DNA from: a virus
Taxonomy: Duplodnaviria; Caudoviricetes
Length of the DNA: 35,295 nt
Reading direction: 5' to 3' (one strand)
Virus record (IMG/VR): IMGVR_UViG_3300034356_002595
Coordinates: 1-35,295 of that record
Shown here: piece by piece, positions 34,274 to 35,295 of the stretch
Position numbering within the stretch: position 1 is the stretch's first letter
How the letters are laid out: each line of letters begins with the position of its first letter
The notes under the pieces: model-generated
Database searches by the model: none
The model's input: the letters and a program-made list of their open reading frames with translations, nothing else
Told to the model about the DNA's origin: nothing
Translations under genes and position numbers: made by a program

Positions 34274-34745
34274 AAACTTTACTTTAGCCGAATTTACAAA
34301 GTCCGAAACGGCCATGAAAAAAAAATATAAAGAGCAGTTTGCTCCGAGTGCCGAAATAATCGACAATTTAAAAGCCTTAGCCGTTAATGTAGCAGAACCA
34401 ATACGAGCCAAATTTGGTAGCTTTTCGCCTACTGTGGCTTATCGATGCGAGCGCACAAACAAAGCGGTGGGCGGTGCAATAAAGTCAGAACATTTAACTG
34501 GCTGTGCTTTTGATGAAACCTTTATAAGTGGCGATAAAAACATTAGCAAAGAAGTATTTGATTGGATTATTAAAGGTGGTTTATCTAAATGGTCTAAACT
34601 TATTTTAGAATATCCCGATAAAAACGGAATACCTAGATGGCTTCATATAGGGTATGACAGAAAAAACCTTAACAAAAAAGTTTTAGTAATTGACAGAGCA
34701 ACACCAAACGGAATAGATTATTTTAAAAGCAAATACTACAAATGA
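34260..34745 (+). CDS. Endolysin, peptidase M15A family
   Basis: SENFTLAEF, YRCERTNKAVGG, SEHLTGCAFD and WLHIG zinc-ligand motifs. Confidence 0.9.
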   Translation: MKISENFTLAEFTKSETAMKKKYKEQFAPSAEIIDNLKALAVNVAEPIRAKFGSFSPTVAYRCERTNKAVGGAIKSEHLTGCAFDETFISGDKNISKEVFDWIIKGGLSKWSKLILEYPDKNGIPRWLHIGYDRKNLNKKVLVIDRATPNGIDYFKSKYYK

Positions 34746-34945
34746 AAAAAAGATATACATTCTCATTTTATAACCTACTAGACAGCACTCCAAAGGAAGT
34801 AGTCGGGTTGCAAAATAAAGTAAAAATGTTTGGTGGAGCGGTTATTTCATCTACTTATATGACTGCCAATGAACATTCAACATTGATTGCCATGTGTGTA
34901 TTTTTTTTAATTAACGAGTTAATCGGTTGCATCGGTCATGAATAA
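34742..34945 (+). CDS. Small membrane protein of the lysis cassette
   Basis: 67 aa with a hydrophobic C-terminal half; ATGA overlap. Confidence 0.6.
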   Translation: MKKRYTFSFYNLLDSTPKEVVGLQNKVKMFGGAVISSTYMTANEHSTLIAMCVFFLINELIGCIGHE

Positions 34946-35295
34946 AAAAATGGTTTGGCTTCCTAGAATGGTGGCGGTGGCTTTTGCCTTGCTGGCCATC
35001 TTTACTTATTTTGACCATTGCTCAAGGTACCAGGATACCAAAGACGAAATGAAAGACTATATTTATCAGATCGATAAATTTGAACAAAAGGAAGCGGAGT
35101 TAATAAGCGAAAAGGAATTGTTAGTGCAGGATTTACAAATAGCTGAAGTAAAAATAAAGACTAAAAAAATGAAGTTTAGCGATAGTACGAAACGGTTAAA
35201 AAAGGTTTTAGCAGACACTATTTTAACCGATACAGTAAAGAATGCTATTGAGAATGCTATAAGCGATGCGGAGCAGTTAACCGAGATTCAAGACA
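34938..35295 (+). CDS. 5' part of the junction-spanning 188-aa coiled-coil protein with N- and C-terminal hydrophobic helices (candidate spanin)
   Basis: MNKKMVWLPRMVAVAFALLAIFTYFDHCSRYQ...; continues through the terminal overlap to the stop at 332. Confidence 0.8.
   Translation, partial: MNKKMVWLPRMVAVAFALLAIFTYFDHCSRYQDTKDEMKDYIYQIDKFEQKEAELISEKELLVQDLQIAEVKIKTKKMKFSDSTKRLKKVLADTILTDTVKNAIENAISDAEQLTEIQD
35173..35295. repeat. Terminal direct repeat / circular assembly overlap (right copy)
   Basis: Identical to 1-123. Confidence 0.95.

Noticed and set aside
11825-34411. Minus-strand ORFs inside the late genes (e.g. 20648-21280, 14337-14735, 23060-23362)
   Set aside because: Antisense shadows; their Ser/Phe-rich composition mirrors the Glu/Lys codons on the coding strand.
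1-35295. Alternative genetic code (stop-codon reassignment)
   Set aside because: Standard-code ORFs tile the genome densely, and TAA, TAG and TGA are all used as stops.

Overview
The window is an apparently complete, circularly assembled ~35.2-kb tailed dsDNA phage genome: bases 1-123 are identical to 35173-35295, giving a unit length of 35,172 bp. The host is most likely a Bacteroidota member, judged from TAnnTTTG promoter boxes, the lack of obvious Shine-Dalgarno sequences and a BT4734/VirE-N-type primase. The left arm (333-11468, minus strand) is the early/replication region: primase-helicase, replication initiator with internal repeats, helicase-DNA methyltransferase fusion, RuvC-like resolvase, C5 methyltransferase, SSB-like protein, YqaJ exonuclease, ERF and an HTH regulator. 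The right arm (11580-35295, wrapping to 332, plus strand) is the late region, in an unusual order: terS-terL, tail chaperone (predicted -1 frameshift), tail proteins, tape measure, Clp protease/scaffold, major capsid, tail tube, a glycosyltransferase/methyltransferase island, portal, adaptor, fibre and lysis cassette. No integrase, tRNA, CRISPR array or reverse transcriptase was seen. Main observations: (1) two sequence-divergent but structurally matching 4-hairpin leader RNAs with a predicted kissing loop into a terminator hairpin, placed in front of the replication and methylation genes; (2) a separately promoted five-glycosyltransferase plus methyltransferase operon inside the virion module, a candidate for virion glycosylation; (3) a portal protein with a C-terminal DUF3140-like domain. 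All family assignments come from motif recognition by eye, not from database searches.
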